This document shows, in pieces, positions 9,599-18,045 of a stretch of DNA of 45,763 nucleotides. The translations under genes were made by a program, and so were the position numbers. Below the pieces are notes generated by a model. The model worked only from the letters and a program-made list of their open reading frames with translations, did no database searches and was not told where the DNA came from. The stretch is taken from positions 1 through 45,763 of the forward strand of contig JBNKNM010000022.1 in assembly GCA_050293845.1 (NCBI GenBank), written 5' to 3'. Position 1 is the stretch's first letter; each line of letters opens with the position of its first letter. Source of the DNA: Pseudobacteriovorax sp. GTDB lineage: Bacteria; Bdellovibrionota_B; Oligoflexia; Oligoflexales; Oligoflexaceae.

Positions 9599-10117
9599 AT
9601 GGCTAAGAAAAAAGCGAAAGCAAGTAAGAAGAAGGTCGCTAAGAAAACAAGCAAAAAAAAGTCGGTTGCAAAAAAAGCAACTACTATTAAAAAGAAAGCA
9701 AAGAAAAAAGCAGCTAGTAAAAAGGTAAGCAAGAAGAAAGTAACAAAGGCAGCTTCATCGAGAACTGTCAGCCGGGCCACAGCAGCGAATGATGCAGGCA
9801 AACCCTTTGAAAAGGTAGATAAAGCCAGGACCAAAGGTCAGGTTCTTACGGCTATCTCCGACAAGACAGGTCTATCCCGTAAGGATGTGGGAGGAGTATT
9901 TGATACGCTGAGTGATCTTATTGGCTTCGATCTAAAAAAAGGACCTGGGTCCTTTACAGTTCCGGGATTAATGAAGGTTGTTGTTGTCAAAAAACCAGCA
10001 AGAAAAGCCCGTAAGGGCACCAACCCGTTTACTGGTGAAGAGATGATGTTTAAAGCTAAGCCAGCTAGGAACGTGGTTAAAGTAAGGCCTCTAAAAGGAT
10101 TGAAAGAAAAGGTCTAG
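9599..10117 (+). CDS. HU-family DNA-binding protein with a Lys-rich N-terminal extension
   Basis: HU core TKGQVL...GLSRKDV...FTVPGL...ARKGTNPFTGEEMMFKAKPA; the first ~60 aa are KKKA repeats. Confidence 0.9.
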   Translation: MAKKKAKASKKKVAKKTSKKKSVAKKATTIKKKAKKKAASKKVSKKKVTKAASSRTVSRATAANDAGKPFEKVDKARTKGQVLTAISDKTGLSRKDVGGVFDTLSDLIGFDLKKGPGSFTVPGLMKVVVVKKPARKARKGTNPFTGEEMMFKAKPARNVVKVRPLKGLKEKV

Positions 10118-10623
10118 CTGAGAGAGGGGGCGTAAGCCTCCATATTTATTGAATTTAAATCAGTATACTCCTTGCAAATTTCCCATAGGCTCCTTCCGGC
10201 AAGCATCCATGAACTGGCTATTTCCTGAGCTGGTATAAGAACAAAGTCGCGATGTAGTATTTCTGGGTGGGGAATTGTCAGTTCTGGACTTTGCATATGA
10301 ATAAATTTCTTATTACCGTCTTTTACCATCAGGATATCAATATCGATGGTCCGATTACCCCACTTTTCTTGGCGTTGACGGTATAATTGGGACTCAATTT
10401 TATGGATATTCCATAGTAATTGTAAAGGCTCAAGGTCAAAGTTGCCGCGAAGAACTCCATTGAGAAAATCCTTATTTGCAGCTCCCAATGGTTTAGTTTC
10501 ATAAATCCGTGATGATTCTAGGGTATTGACAGCAAGCTGACTTAATAGAGTATAAGCATGTTGCAAAAAAGTAAGGCGCGGCTCAATATTAGATCCAATT
10601 CCTAGTAAGTATTCATAGGACAC
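10114..10623 (-). CDS. folK: 2-amino-4-hydroxy-6-hydroxymethyldihydropteridine diphosphokinase
   Basis: LGIGSN, FLNGV, KWGNRTIDIDIL, LTIPHPEILHRDFVLIP. GTG 10623 with GGAG SD is preferred. Confidence 0.92.
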   Translation of the reverse strand: MSYEYLLGIGSNIEPRLTFLQHAYTLLSQLAVNTLESSRIYETKPLGAANKDFLNGVLRGNFDLEPLQLLWNIHKIESQLYRQRQEKWGNRTIDIDILMVKDGNKKFIHMQSPELTIPHPEILHRDFVLIPAQEIASSWMLAGRSLWEICKEYTDLNSINMEAYAPSLS

Positions 10624-10735
10624 AAGGGGTCTCCGTAATCGCCATGCTAGTAAATAAAGTATAGCTTCTGCGGTCACTTAGGGTATATCTTTTGTAAAGT
10701 ATTTTCTAGAACTAAGTGATAAGGCTATAGTTTAG

Positions 10736-11593
10736 ATGAAAAAAATTGAATCCTTCACAGAAATTATCAGCGATTTTGATGGGTTTCTGTTTGATGCCTA
10801 TGGAGTACTGGTTGACGATAACGGGCTGCTGCCCGGCAGTGTTGAGTTGCTCCATCAACTAAAGGGTGCAGAAAAGCCGTATTTATTGCTAAGTAATGGT
10901 AGCTCCAGGACCGTGAGTGATACAGCTCAGAGATACATTGAACTGGGTTTGCCCTTGACTCCAGATCAAGTGATTACCTCTGGAGGGATGTTAGCTCGGT
11001 TTTTGAAGGATCATTCACAGCTTGGTGAAAAGGTAGCAGTTCTAGGTACTGTGGGGTCGATGGCATTGGTGCGAGAATGTGGAAGAATTCCCGTTACACT
11101 TTTGGATGCCAAGGGAGAATTTGAGCATCTGGTTATTGCTAACCAAACAGAGTATCCGTTCTTAGAGTCCATTGATGAATCCTTGAGCCAGATATGCCGC
11201 AAGTTAGATCAGGGGTCTCCCATTAAGGTCATTGTTACAAACCCTGACCTTTTCTTCCCTAAGAAGAATGGTTTGTTTGGTATAACGGCGGGCAGTGTGG
11301 TAAAAATCCTCGAAGCTAGTCTAGAGGCGCGCTATGGCATAGTTCCTAAAGATTTATTTCACGGGATTGGTAAACCTTTTAGCCCGATGTTCGACTTTGC
11401 CATGGCAAAGCTAAATTCGAAAAACCTGATTATGGTAGGTGACCAAATCCTTACTGATATTAAAGGCGCGCGTAATGCGGGAATTTATTCGTTACTTATG
11501 GGAACCGGACTGACGGCTCCAGGTTCTTTGAAAAACTTTCCTAGGGAGTTTTGGCCTCACTACTTTTTGGAATCTCTAGAGGTTGGTAAATGA
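10736..11593 (+). CDS. HAD-superfamily subfamily IIA hydrolase (NagD-like)
   Basis: FLFDAYGVL, LSNGS, TNPD, GKP, MVGDQILTDIKGA. Confidence 0.88.
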   Translation: MKKIESFTEIISDFDGFLFDAYGVLVDDNGLLPGSVELLHQLKGAEKPYLLLSNGSSRTVSDTAQRYIELGLPLTPDQVITSGGMLARFLKDHSQLGEKVAVLGTVGSMALVRECGRIPVTLLDAKGEFEHLVIANQTEYPFLESIDESLSQICRKLDQGSPIKVIVTNPDLFFPKKNGLFGITAGSVVKILEASLEARYGIVPKDLFHGIGKPFSPMFDFAMAKLNSKNLIMVGDQILTDIKGARNAGIYSLLMGTGLTAPGSLKNFPREFWPHYFLESLEVGK

Positions 11594-12564
11594 TTTACAT
11601 AACATTAGGCGATCCCTATAGCATTAATATTGAGTGTCTTCTAAAGATACTTCCTACCGGGGAGCATCCCTATAAGATTATTTTGATTGGCAGTAGAAGC
11701 ATTTGGGATTTTCAAGTCAAAAAATTTTCATCATTCCCTCAGTGGGATATATTCCCTATTACCAGCGATACGGATGCCAGGGTGGGGTTGAACTTTCTTA
11801 ATACTGATAATGATGCCAAATATAGGACTGATCCAGAGCAACTATCAAGTTATGAGCGGGGAAAAATTGCGCTAGAAGCTCTTGAAAAACTTCGCGATGT
11901 ATCTCTTCAAGGGAATGCAGTTCTAACAGGTCCTATTGATAAAGCTTTAGCGAGTTCAGCAGGATTTAAGTTTCCCGGACAAACGGAGTACGTCTCATCA
12001 TTAGTTGGCAAATCGGGCATTATGGTGTTAGCTGGGCCAAAACTTCGCGTCGGTTTGGTAACTAACCACCTCCCCCTGAATCAGGTTTCTGAACATATCA
12101 CAAAATCATTGGTTTATGGAAAACTCAAGCTACTTTATAAGACTCTTACTCAAACCTTTAGTATACAAGAACCGCAGATTGGGGTCACAGGTCTTAATCC
12201 CCATTGTGGTGATGGGGGATTGTTCGGTGATGAGGATCAAAATATCATAGCTCCCGCTATTGCTGAGTTTAACAACGATGTTGTAAATGCTAACGCTATA
12301 GGACCTATTCCAGCAGATACAGCCTTTTTTAGGGGCTACGAAGGACCGTTGGATGGCATACTCGCTATGTACCATGATCAAGGTCTGGGACCTTTAAAAA
12401 CAGTTCATTTTTATGATGCTGTTAATATTACGGGAGGATTGCCCTTCCTAAGAACTTCCCCGGATCATGGCCCAGCCACCGATAAGTACGGTTCGGGTCA
12501 GGCTGATTACAGGAGTTTTGCCAGTGCATTAGACTGCTGTTATAGGTATCTTGATGCAAAATGA
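11590..12564 (+). CDS. pdxA: 4-hydroxythreonine-4-phosphate dehydrogenase
   Basis: ITLGDP, GPIDK, GLNPHCGDGG, AMYHDQGL, LPFLRTSPDHG. Confidence 0.93.
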   Translation: MIYITLGDPYSINIECLLKILPTGEHPYKIILIGSRSIWDFQVKKFSSFPQWDIFPITSDTDARVGLNFLNTDNDAKYRTDPEQLSSYERGKIALEALEKLRDVSLQGNAVLTGPIDKALASSAGFKFPGQTEYVSSLVGKSGIMVLAGPKLRVGLVTNHLPLNQVSEHITKSLVYGKLKLLYKTLTQTFSIQEPQIGVTGLNPHCGDGGLFGDEDQNIIAPAIAEFNNDVVNANAIGPIPADTAFFRGYEGPLDGILAMYHDQGLGPLKTVHFYDAVNITGGLPFLRTSPDHGPATDKYGSGQADYRSFASALDCCYRYLDAK

Positions 12565-15034
12565 CTCTCGAAAACAAATCATTATTAAAGGAGCGCGAGA
12601 GCATAATTTAAAAGGATTTGATCTTGCTCTCGAAAGGGGAGAGATTACTGTAATTACAGGAGTAAGTGGTTCTGGAAAGAGCACTCTTGCCTTTGATATC
12701 ATTCTTGCTGAGGCTAATCGCCGATTCTTTTATACTTTGTCTCAGTATACAAGACAGTTCTTGGATTTGGGGGCGCGACCTGCGATTGGCTCCATCACGG
12801 GACTATCTCCAGCAATAGCTCTGGCGCAAAAAGAGACTCAACCTTCACGCAGAGCTACTGTGGGAAGTTCCACCGATGTTAATGAATTGCTCGGAGTACT
12901 CTTCAGCCAGTTCGGTGAAAAACACTGTCCTGAACATTTTTTACCTACCACAAGCCAAAATATAGATGCCATCGCCATGGGTCTGCAGGTTCGGCATGAG
13001 GGTGCTATGATAGGGATCGCAGCCCCCATAGCTGTGAAGAAAAAGGGAAATTTTCGTCAAAAATTCAGCCAGCTATCCCAAAAAGGGTATACAAAAGCGT
13101 ATATCGATGGATCTATCGGAGAAATTAGACCCGATCTAACATTAGACCGGGAGACTAAGCACGATATTAGTATCATTATCGACTATGTAAGAGTTAAACC
13201 AGATCGAAAGGATCGTTTGATAAGAGCTTTGCAATTAGCTTTTGATCTAGGGGGAGGAGTCGCTGATCATTTTGTCTCTGACTCTTCTGGGGAAATCCTG
13301 TCAGCATTCCACAAAACTTCCATAATAGATGGTTGCCCTACATGTGGTTATTCTTGGCCTAAATTGGATGCGCGTTATTTTTCTAGCAATTCTTTGGGAA
13401 AATGCGCCAGTTGTGAAGGAACAGGCTTTTTTGATCAGGGAGGAGAGCTGGAAGAAAGATTTTCCGAAGCTTGTTTGTCCTGTCAGGGAACAGGTTTAGA
13501 TCGTAATTTGAAAGGCATTACCTTTTGTGGACGTGATCCCTTATCGATTCAAAATCTTTATATTACAGATGTTCTTGATATTTTGACTCAGAGAAAAAAT
13601 ATTGAACCATCTCCGGTTGTACGGCGTTTACTTGTAGAAATATGCAGTCTTTTACGGCGATTAAAGTCTGTTGGTTTAGGTTATCTGAACTTGGGTAGGA
13701 GATTACTTTCTCTCTCTGGAGGTGAATACCAAAGGTTGCGTTTGGCAAGTGTACTGGCGGAAAATCTACGGGGTGTACTCTATATCCTTGATGAGCCCAG
13801 CCAAGGACTAAGTGACTCTGAAATAGATAAATTATGGGAAACCATACAGAAGCTGAAACAACAGGGTAATACGATTATTATCGTCGATCATGATGAGTCT
13901 GTCATTTCCCGAGCTGATTGGATTGTTGACCTAGGGCCTGGTGGCGGCCAACAGGGAGGGGAGTTACTTGCCAAGTTTAATCCACAGGACGCGGGCCGGT
14001 ATCGACTTTGTTCTTCTACGGCAGCGTATTTAAGTAAAAGCCAGGCCAAGAAAGTTCCTCATGAGCAAAATCCCCTTATAGCTGATAAAAAATTTATTTC
14101 CATCATCAAACCCCATCTTCATAATTTAGTGATGGACAAGGTGAGAGTTCCTATTAACTGTCTTACCACTGTGTGTGGTGTGAGTGGAGCGGGAAAGAAC
14201 TCTCTTGTTGTGGGTGTCCTATACCGTAATCTTGTACGTACTTTAGCAGGTAATTTTGAAGTTAAAAATGTGCAGCGTATTGATGGTATCGATCAATTTG
14301 ATCAGGTCGATTTAATCACCCGGAAGCCCCTTGCTAAAAGTAGTGTTAGCATGCCAGCAACTTACCTCGATATTTTCACTGAACTACGCAAGCTCTACGC
14401 CAAGCTGCCTTTTTCCCAGATTTCGGGATTCGGCATTAAACATTTCTCTTTGGCATCGGAAGGGGGGCGCTGTCCTGATTGTAAGGGTAAAGGCTACCGC
14501 TTGCTGACCATGAAGTTTCTTGCTGACTCCAAAATTGTCTGTGATTCTTGTACAGGAGCACGCTATAAGCTGGAGACTCTTATGGCAAAATATCGCGAAA
14601 AGTCTATTGCAGAAGTGCTAGATATGAGTATCAGTGAAGCCATTGAGCATTTTTCTAGTTTCCATAGGATTGTCAAAAAACTTCAGCCAGCCGAAGATCT
14701 AGGACTCGGCTATCTACGCTTAGGTCAACCGATTTCGAGTCTATCAGGTGGAGAATCCCAGAGGCTTAAACTGGCCTTGGGCTTTAGAAAGTCAACGGTT
14801 GAGCGGCAACTGATAATTCTCGATGAACCGACGACCGGTCTGCATTTTTCAGATGTAGAACGGCTGTATAAGCAAATACGGAACTTGATATCAAGGGGAG
14901 CTACCATAGTCGTTATCGAACACAGTCTCTTTTTTATAAGAAACTCCGATTGGCTTATTAAAGTCGGTCCCCAATCTGCCCAGCAGGGAGGGGATCTGGT
15001 CTACGAAGGTGAGCCGCGTAACTTTTTAAAATAA
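12554..15034 (+). CDS. uvrA: UvrA-family excinuclease ATPase (atypical, short)
   Basis: GAREHNLK, GVSGSGKS, two LSGGE signatures, two LDEP motifs and Zn-binding CxxC pairs; only about 827 aa. Start at TTG 12551 or ATG 12554. Confidence 0.82.
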   Translation: MQNDSRKQIIIKGAREHNLKGFDLALERGEITVITGVSGSGKSTLAFDIILAEANRRFFYTLSQYTRQFLDLGARPAIGSITGLSPAIALAQKETQPSRRATVGSSTDVNELLGVLFSQFGEKHCPEHFLPTTSQNIDAIAMGLQVRHEGAMIGIAAPIAVKKKGNFRQKFSQLSQKGYTKAYIDGSIGEIRPDLTLDRETKHDISIIIDYVRVKPDRKDRLIRALQLAFDLGGGVADHFVSDSSGEILSAFHKTSIIDGCPTCGYSWPKLDARYFSSNSLGKCASCEGTGFFDQGGELEERFSEACLSCQGTGLDRNLKGITFCGRDPLSIQNLYITDVLDILTQRKNIEPSPVVRRLLVEICSLLRRLKSVGLGYLNLGRRLLSLSGGEYQRLRLASVLAENLRGVLYILDEPSQGLSDSEIDKLWETIQKLKQQGNTIIIVDHDESVISRADWIVDLGPGGGQQGGELLAKFNPQDAGRYRLCSSTAAYLSKSQAKKVPHEQNPLIADKKFISIIKPHLHNLVMDKVRVPINCLTTVCGVSGAGKNSLVVGVLYRNLVRTLAGNFEVKNVQRIDGIDQFDQVDLITRKPLAKSSVSMPATYLDIFTELRKLYAKLPFSQISGFGIKHFSLASEGGRCPDCKGKGYRLLTMKFLADSKIVCDSCTGARYKLETLMAKYREKSIAEVLDMSISEAIEHFSSFHRIVKKLQPAEDLGLGYLRLGQPISSLSGGESQRLKLALGFRKSTVERQLIILDEPTTGLHFSDVERLYKQIRNLISRGATIVVIEHSLFFIRNSDWLIKVGPQSAQQGGDLVYEGEPRNFLK

Positions 15035-15144
15035 TAAAAGATATTTATTCATTTTTGAGATATGTCAAAAAAACATTGAAATGCCTTGAAGATCTGGCAT
15101 AATGACGTCTACGTCGTTTAATATGCCGTATAAGGAGTAGGTCA

Positions 15145-15969
15145 ATGGTCAGGCTCATTCCCATGTATTTGCTAGGATTTATACTCATCTTAGCCTGCGA
15201 AACTAAGAAAAATGAATCATCAGCGCAACTTAGAGATTTAGAATGTGGGAAGTCGTCGCAGCGTCTATGCAATAGCGTCCAATCTGACTTGCTTCTGGGA
15301 GAAACTCAAGTGAGTGCCAAAGTAGATAATGACATTTTGGAGCTAGTTGCGTCCTTTGCGAGCACAGATGAGCTACAGGACCCAGAAGCTCCCCCATTGC
15401 TACTGACGGGCGTTCAGTCTTATGCGAACTATTCTCCTATAGACGTAAATACCCAAAACAGCGAAAATAAAACTTGTCATGAGTTAGTTGGTATCAACAA
15501 TAATATTTTAGTTATTAAAGTAAATAGCGATCTTAGATGGCTAGCTGGGGACACGCGCTCCCAGAAGAGCTGTTTGCTAAACCTTGGGTTGCGATATCCA
15601 GAAAACCTTACTTTTGCTATAGACCAAGTGCACGCAACGGTGCTTACCTCAGATGAGCTTATTAACTTAGCAACTAAATTCAAACTTGGTTATATATCTT
15701 CGAGTTCTCAGAATGTCCTGTGGTTTACGACTAACATTACTCAAGTATCCCAAGGATATAAGCTGGGAGCCACCAAAGAAATCTGGTCTTCCTGCTCTGG
15801 TGAAGATGTGATAGGACTGAAAACTATTTTCGAAAAGCAATTCTTGCAAGACCTTGAAGATATAGATTTTAACTTTCATCGCGATACTTCGACGCTAGTC
15901 GAGGATAGTGTTGATGTTAACTTTCAAAACGGTATATACCTTATTTCTCTCAAATGGAAAGGGTGCTAG
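15145..15969 (+). CDS. Lipoprotein with a DUF4360-like domain
   Basis: Lipobox ILAC; KSCLLNLGLRYPENLTFAI and IWSSCSG resemble the DUF4360 K-C-L-l-l-YP-g-fai / WS-Cg pattern. Confidence 0.6.
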   Translation: MVRLIPMYLLGFILILACETKKNESSAQLRDLECGKSSQRLCNSVQSDLLLGETQVSAKVDNDILELVASFASTDELQDPEAPPLLLTGVQSYANYSPIDVNTQNSENKTCHELVGINNNILVIKVNSDLRWLAGDTRSQKSCLLNLGLRYPENLTFAIDQVHATVLTSDELINLATKFKLGYISSSSQNVLWFTTNITQVSQGYKLGATKEIWSSCSGEDVIGLKTIFEKQFLQDLEDIDFNFHRDTSTLVEDSVDVNFQNGIYLISLKWKGC

Positions 15970-16080
15970 GTTTTAGAAGTTTTTGCCAGACCTTAGCTTT
16001 TATTGTCAAGTATTTGGACATATGCAGTTGTAGTGGTCGCTTTTCTTTTCTGAAATTACCAACAATTTAGGTACTTAATC

Positions 16081-16097
16081 TTGGTATATGCTTTGCT
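16081..16097 (+). promoter_or_regulatory. sigma54 (-24/-12) promoter candidate
   Basis: TTGGTATATGCTTTGCT (GG-N10-GC), about 50 nt upstream of ATG 16149. Confidence 0.55.
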
Positions 16098-16148
16098 TTC
16101 TTAAAAGTAGGATTTGTTGTAGTAGTCGTTGTCATTGAGGTTTGTTCC

Positions 16149-16730
16149 ATGTTGCGAATTGTTTATAGAAATTTAAATGAATTTATCCATAGAATTCCTG
16201 TTTTTTTCTACTTTTTCACCACAGTTTTATCAATTATAACGCTTATGATAGCAAAGCATGATTATGATGCGCGTCGTTACTTAGATGAAGCATCTTTACA
16301 CATTACCGTTTTACCACCAAAAACGAAGCCGACTTTATCGCAAGAAAGTGTTGATGCAGCTATGGAAATGTTCAACATTAAAGTGCCCCATAATGTACAA
16401 AGCCCTACCTTTGATGCCAGCCTTGAAGATCGTGGCTTAACGACTTTACGAGGGTGGGGACATAAGCTCGAGGTTTCTGTAGGACCGGCTGCATTTGAAA
16501 GCTGGGGATTGCTGGGGTCCACCTTAGCTCATGAACTTGAAGTTCATTGTCGGCAAAATTTTACCCTGATTCGAGCGCTGGACCTTATTGGCTTTAATGG
16601 CACTTGGGATGCTGAACGCGAGGCTTATCATCATGAGCTTGATAATGCGAAAAGGTTTCACCTTACTGAGTCGGAGAGATTCAATATCAAAGCTACATTG
16701 GATTTCTATTATCCCCTAACTAGCAACTAG
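16149..16730 (+). CDS. Membrane-anchored protein with a zincin-like HExxxH motif
   Basis: N-terminal TM helix; LGSTLAHELEVH and downstream AEREAY; GAGG SD. Confidence 0.65.
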   Translation: MLRIVYRNLNEFIHRIPVFFYFFTTVLSIITLMIAKHDYDARRYLDEASLHITVLPPKTKPTLSQESVDAAMEMFNIKVPHNVQSPTFDASLEDRGLTTLRGWGHKLEVSVGPAAFESWGLLGSTLAHELEVHCRQNFTLIRALDLIGFNGTWDAEREAYHHELDNAKRFHLTESERFNIKATLDFYYPLTSN

Positions 16731-16744
16731 TATTTTCCTTGTAG

Positions 16745-17224
16745 CTATAGTATTCGCTCATCGAGTTTTAAGTAGTAACTATCCAGATAGCCTTTTTCCC
16801 TTAGAAATAGCGTTGCTGATAAACTCGATGCCATATTATCTGCGACAATCACGAATTTCTTATTTTGATTTTTCCCTAAGACATCGTGAGCCCATATATG
16901 AGGCATGGGGAAGCATATATTTTTTCTTCTGCGGGATTTGATATAGGCATAGCGCTGATAGCTGTATATTCCAACAAAAATGGTATTATGCTGCTCGCAA
17001 AAGTTCCAGCTTACGGGAAGCTTGGGGATTGTTGACTTTATCCAGGAAAGGGTTGCGATGACGTGTTCTATCGTTTGTCCTGCAGCAACGGCTAAATCCT
17101 CCACGGTTTTCATGGATAGGTAGGAAGGGTAGAGTTCCGTAACTAAAAATTTTTCTTCGATGATAGTATCTAGGCAGGGTATCTTAAGATTTGCCAATAG
17201 GGTATTGCTATGAATGGGGCACAT
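16745..17224 (-). CDS. Hypothetical protein: DUF1858-like N-part plus a degenerate rhodanese-like C-part
   Basis: KTVEDLAVAAGQTIEHVIATL; FVIVADNMASSLSATLFLREKGYLDSYYL follows the rhodanese C-terminal pattern but has no active-loop Cys. True start uncertain. Confidence 0.45.
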   Translation of the reverse strand: MCPIHSNTLLANLKIPCLDTIIEEKFLVTELYPSYLSMKTVEDLAVAAGQTIEHVIATLSWIKSTIPKLPVSWNFCEQHNTIFVGIYSYQRYAYIKSRRRKNICFPMPHIWAHDVLGKNQNKKFVIVADNMASSLSATLFLREKGYLDSYYLKLDERIL

Positions 17225-17741
17225 AGTGTTTCTTGTACTCTAAATAATTATTTGCAGAGGTTTTTAGAAAATCTAACTCGGAGGGACGAAGCTCCCTTGT
17301 TTCTATCCCAGGATTACCCTTTATGAGTATACCAGGTCTATAAACTTTTCCTGGTGGTATCAGTGCACCTGCGGCCACTATTGAGTTCTCACCTATTATT
17401 GCACCGTCCATAATGGTAGCTCCCATACCTATAAGGCAACCATCTTTGACCTCACAGCCGTGCATGACTACGCCATGGCCAATTGTGACATTGTTGCCAA
17501 TGATAGTGGGATGCTTACCGTTAGTAACGTGGATCACTGTCCCGTCCTGAATATTGGTGCGGGCTCCGATTCTTATGTAGCAGCAATCGGCCCTTACTAC
17601 AGTGTTGAACCAAAAGCTGGAATCTTCTCCCACTTCTAGATCTCCAATGAGGTGGGCTCCAGAAGCTACAAAAACACCCGGTGACAATTGCGGGGACTTA
17701 CCTTGATAGGGGAGAAATGAAGATCCTGGCATGAGATACAT
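17208..17741 (-). CDS. Gamma carbonic anhydrase family protein (YrdA/CaiE-like)
   Basis: IGDLEVGEDSSFWFNTVVRAD, TNIQDGTVIH, VTIGHGVVMHGC hexapeptide repeats with three His. ATG 17741 is preferred. Confidence 0.92.
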   Translation of the reverse strand: MYLMPGSSFLPYQGKSPQLSPGVFVASGAHLIGDLEVGEDSSFWFNTVVRADCCYIRIGARTNIQDGTVIHVTNGKHPTIIGNNVTIGHGVVMHGCEVKDGCLIGMGATIMDGAIIGENSIVAAGALIPPGKVYRPGILIKGNPGIETRELRPSELDFLKTSANNYLEYKKHYVPHS

Positions 17742-17843
17742 GATGGCGCCTTCTATTTGATTAAAAGAAATGTACTCCGGATATAATGGAAAACTATCCC
17801 TACTCTGCTTCAATAAAAGTATCTACTGAGTTTTTAGATCACT

Positions 17844-17959
17844 GGGATGAACCTGCATACCGGTAAAAGGGATTCTACCAAATCGCTGGCTAGGGCTCCA
17901 GCTATATCTGGAAGTATGAACTACCAACCCGAAAATCCTGTTGGTTTTCAGGACATCCC
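17844..17959 (+). ncRNA. Candidate rod-like structured RNA (unassigned)
   Basis: Nested complementary segments GGGATG/CATCCC, CCTG/CAGG, ACCGGT/GTTGGT, GGGATT/AATCCT, TGG(C)TAG/CTACCA and TCCAG/CTGGA. G-U pairs favour the + strand. Confidence 0.4.
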
Positions 17960-18045
17960 TATGGGGCATAATTTTGGCTTTGCAATAATCAAGATGTATG
18001 ACTGTCGTTGTATTCCTCATTGACAAGAATACGATAAGCTTTGCC

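Noticed and set aside
10736..11593. HAD motif I reads DAY rather than DxD
   Set aside because: An aromatic residue at this position occurs in a known branch of HAD-IIA proteins, so it is not unusual.
17823..18026. 67-aa minus-strand ORF
   Set aside because: It has no SD or motif, and the region is better explained by RNA secondary structure; not fully excluded.
17960..18045. GGCAAA...GCAAAGCC on the minus strand resembling a c-di-GMP-I riboswitch; the neighbouring rod has faint c-di-AMP-riboswitch-like words
   Set aside because: There is no GNRA tetraloop/receptor or correct P2/P3 spacing, and the CAGCTAAC core of the c-di-AMP riboswitch is absent.
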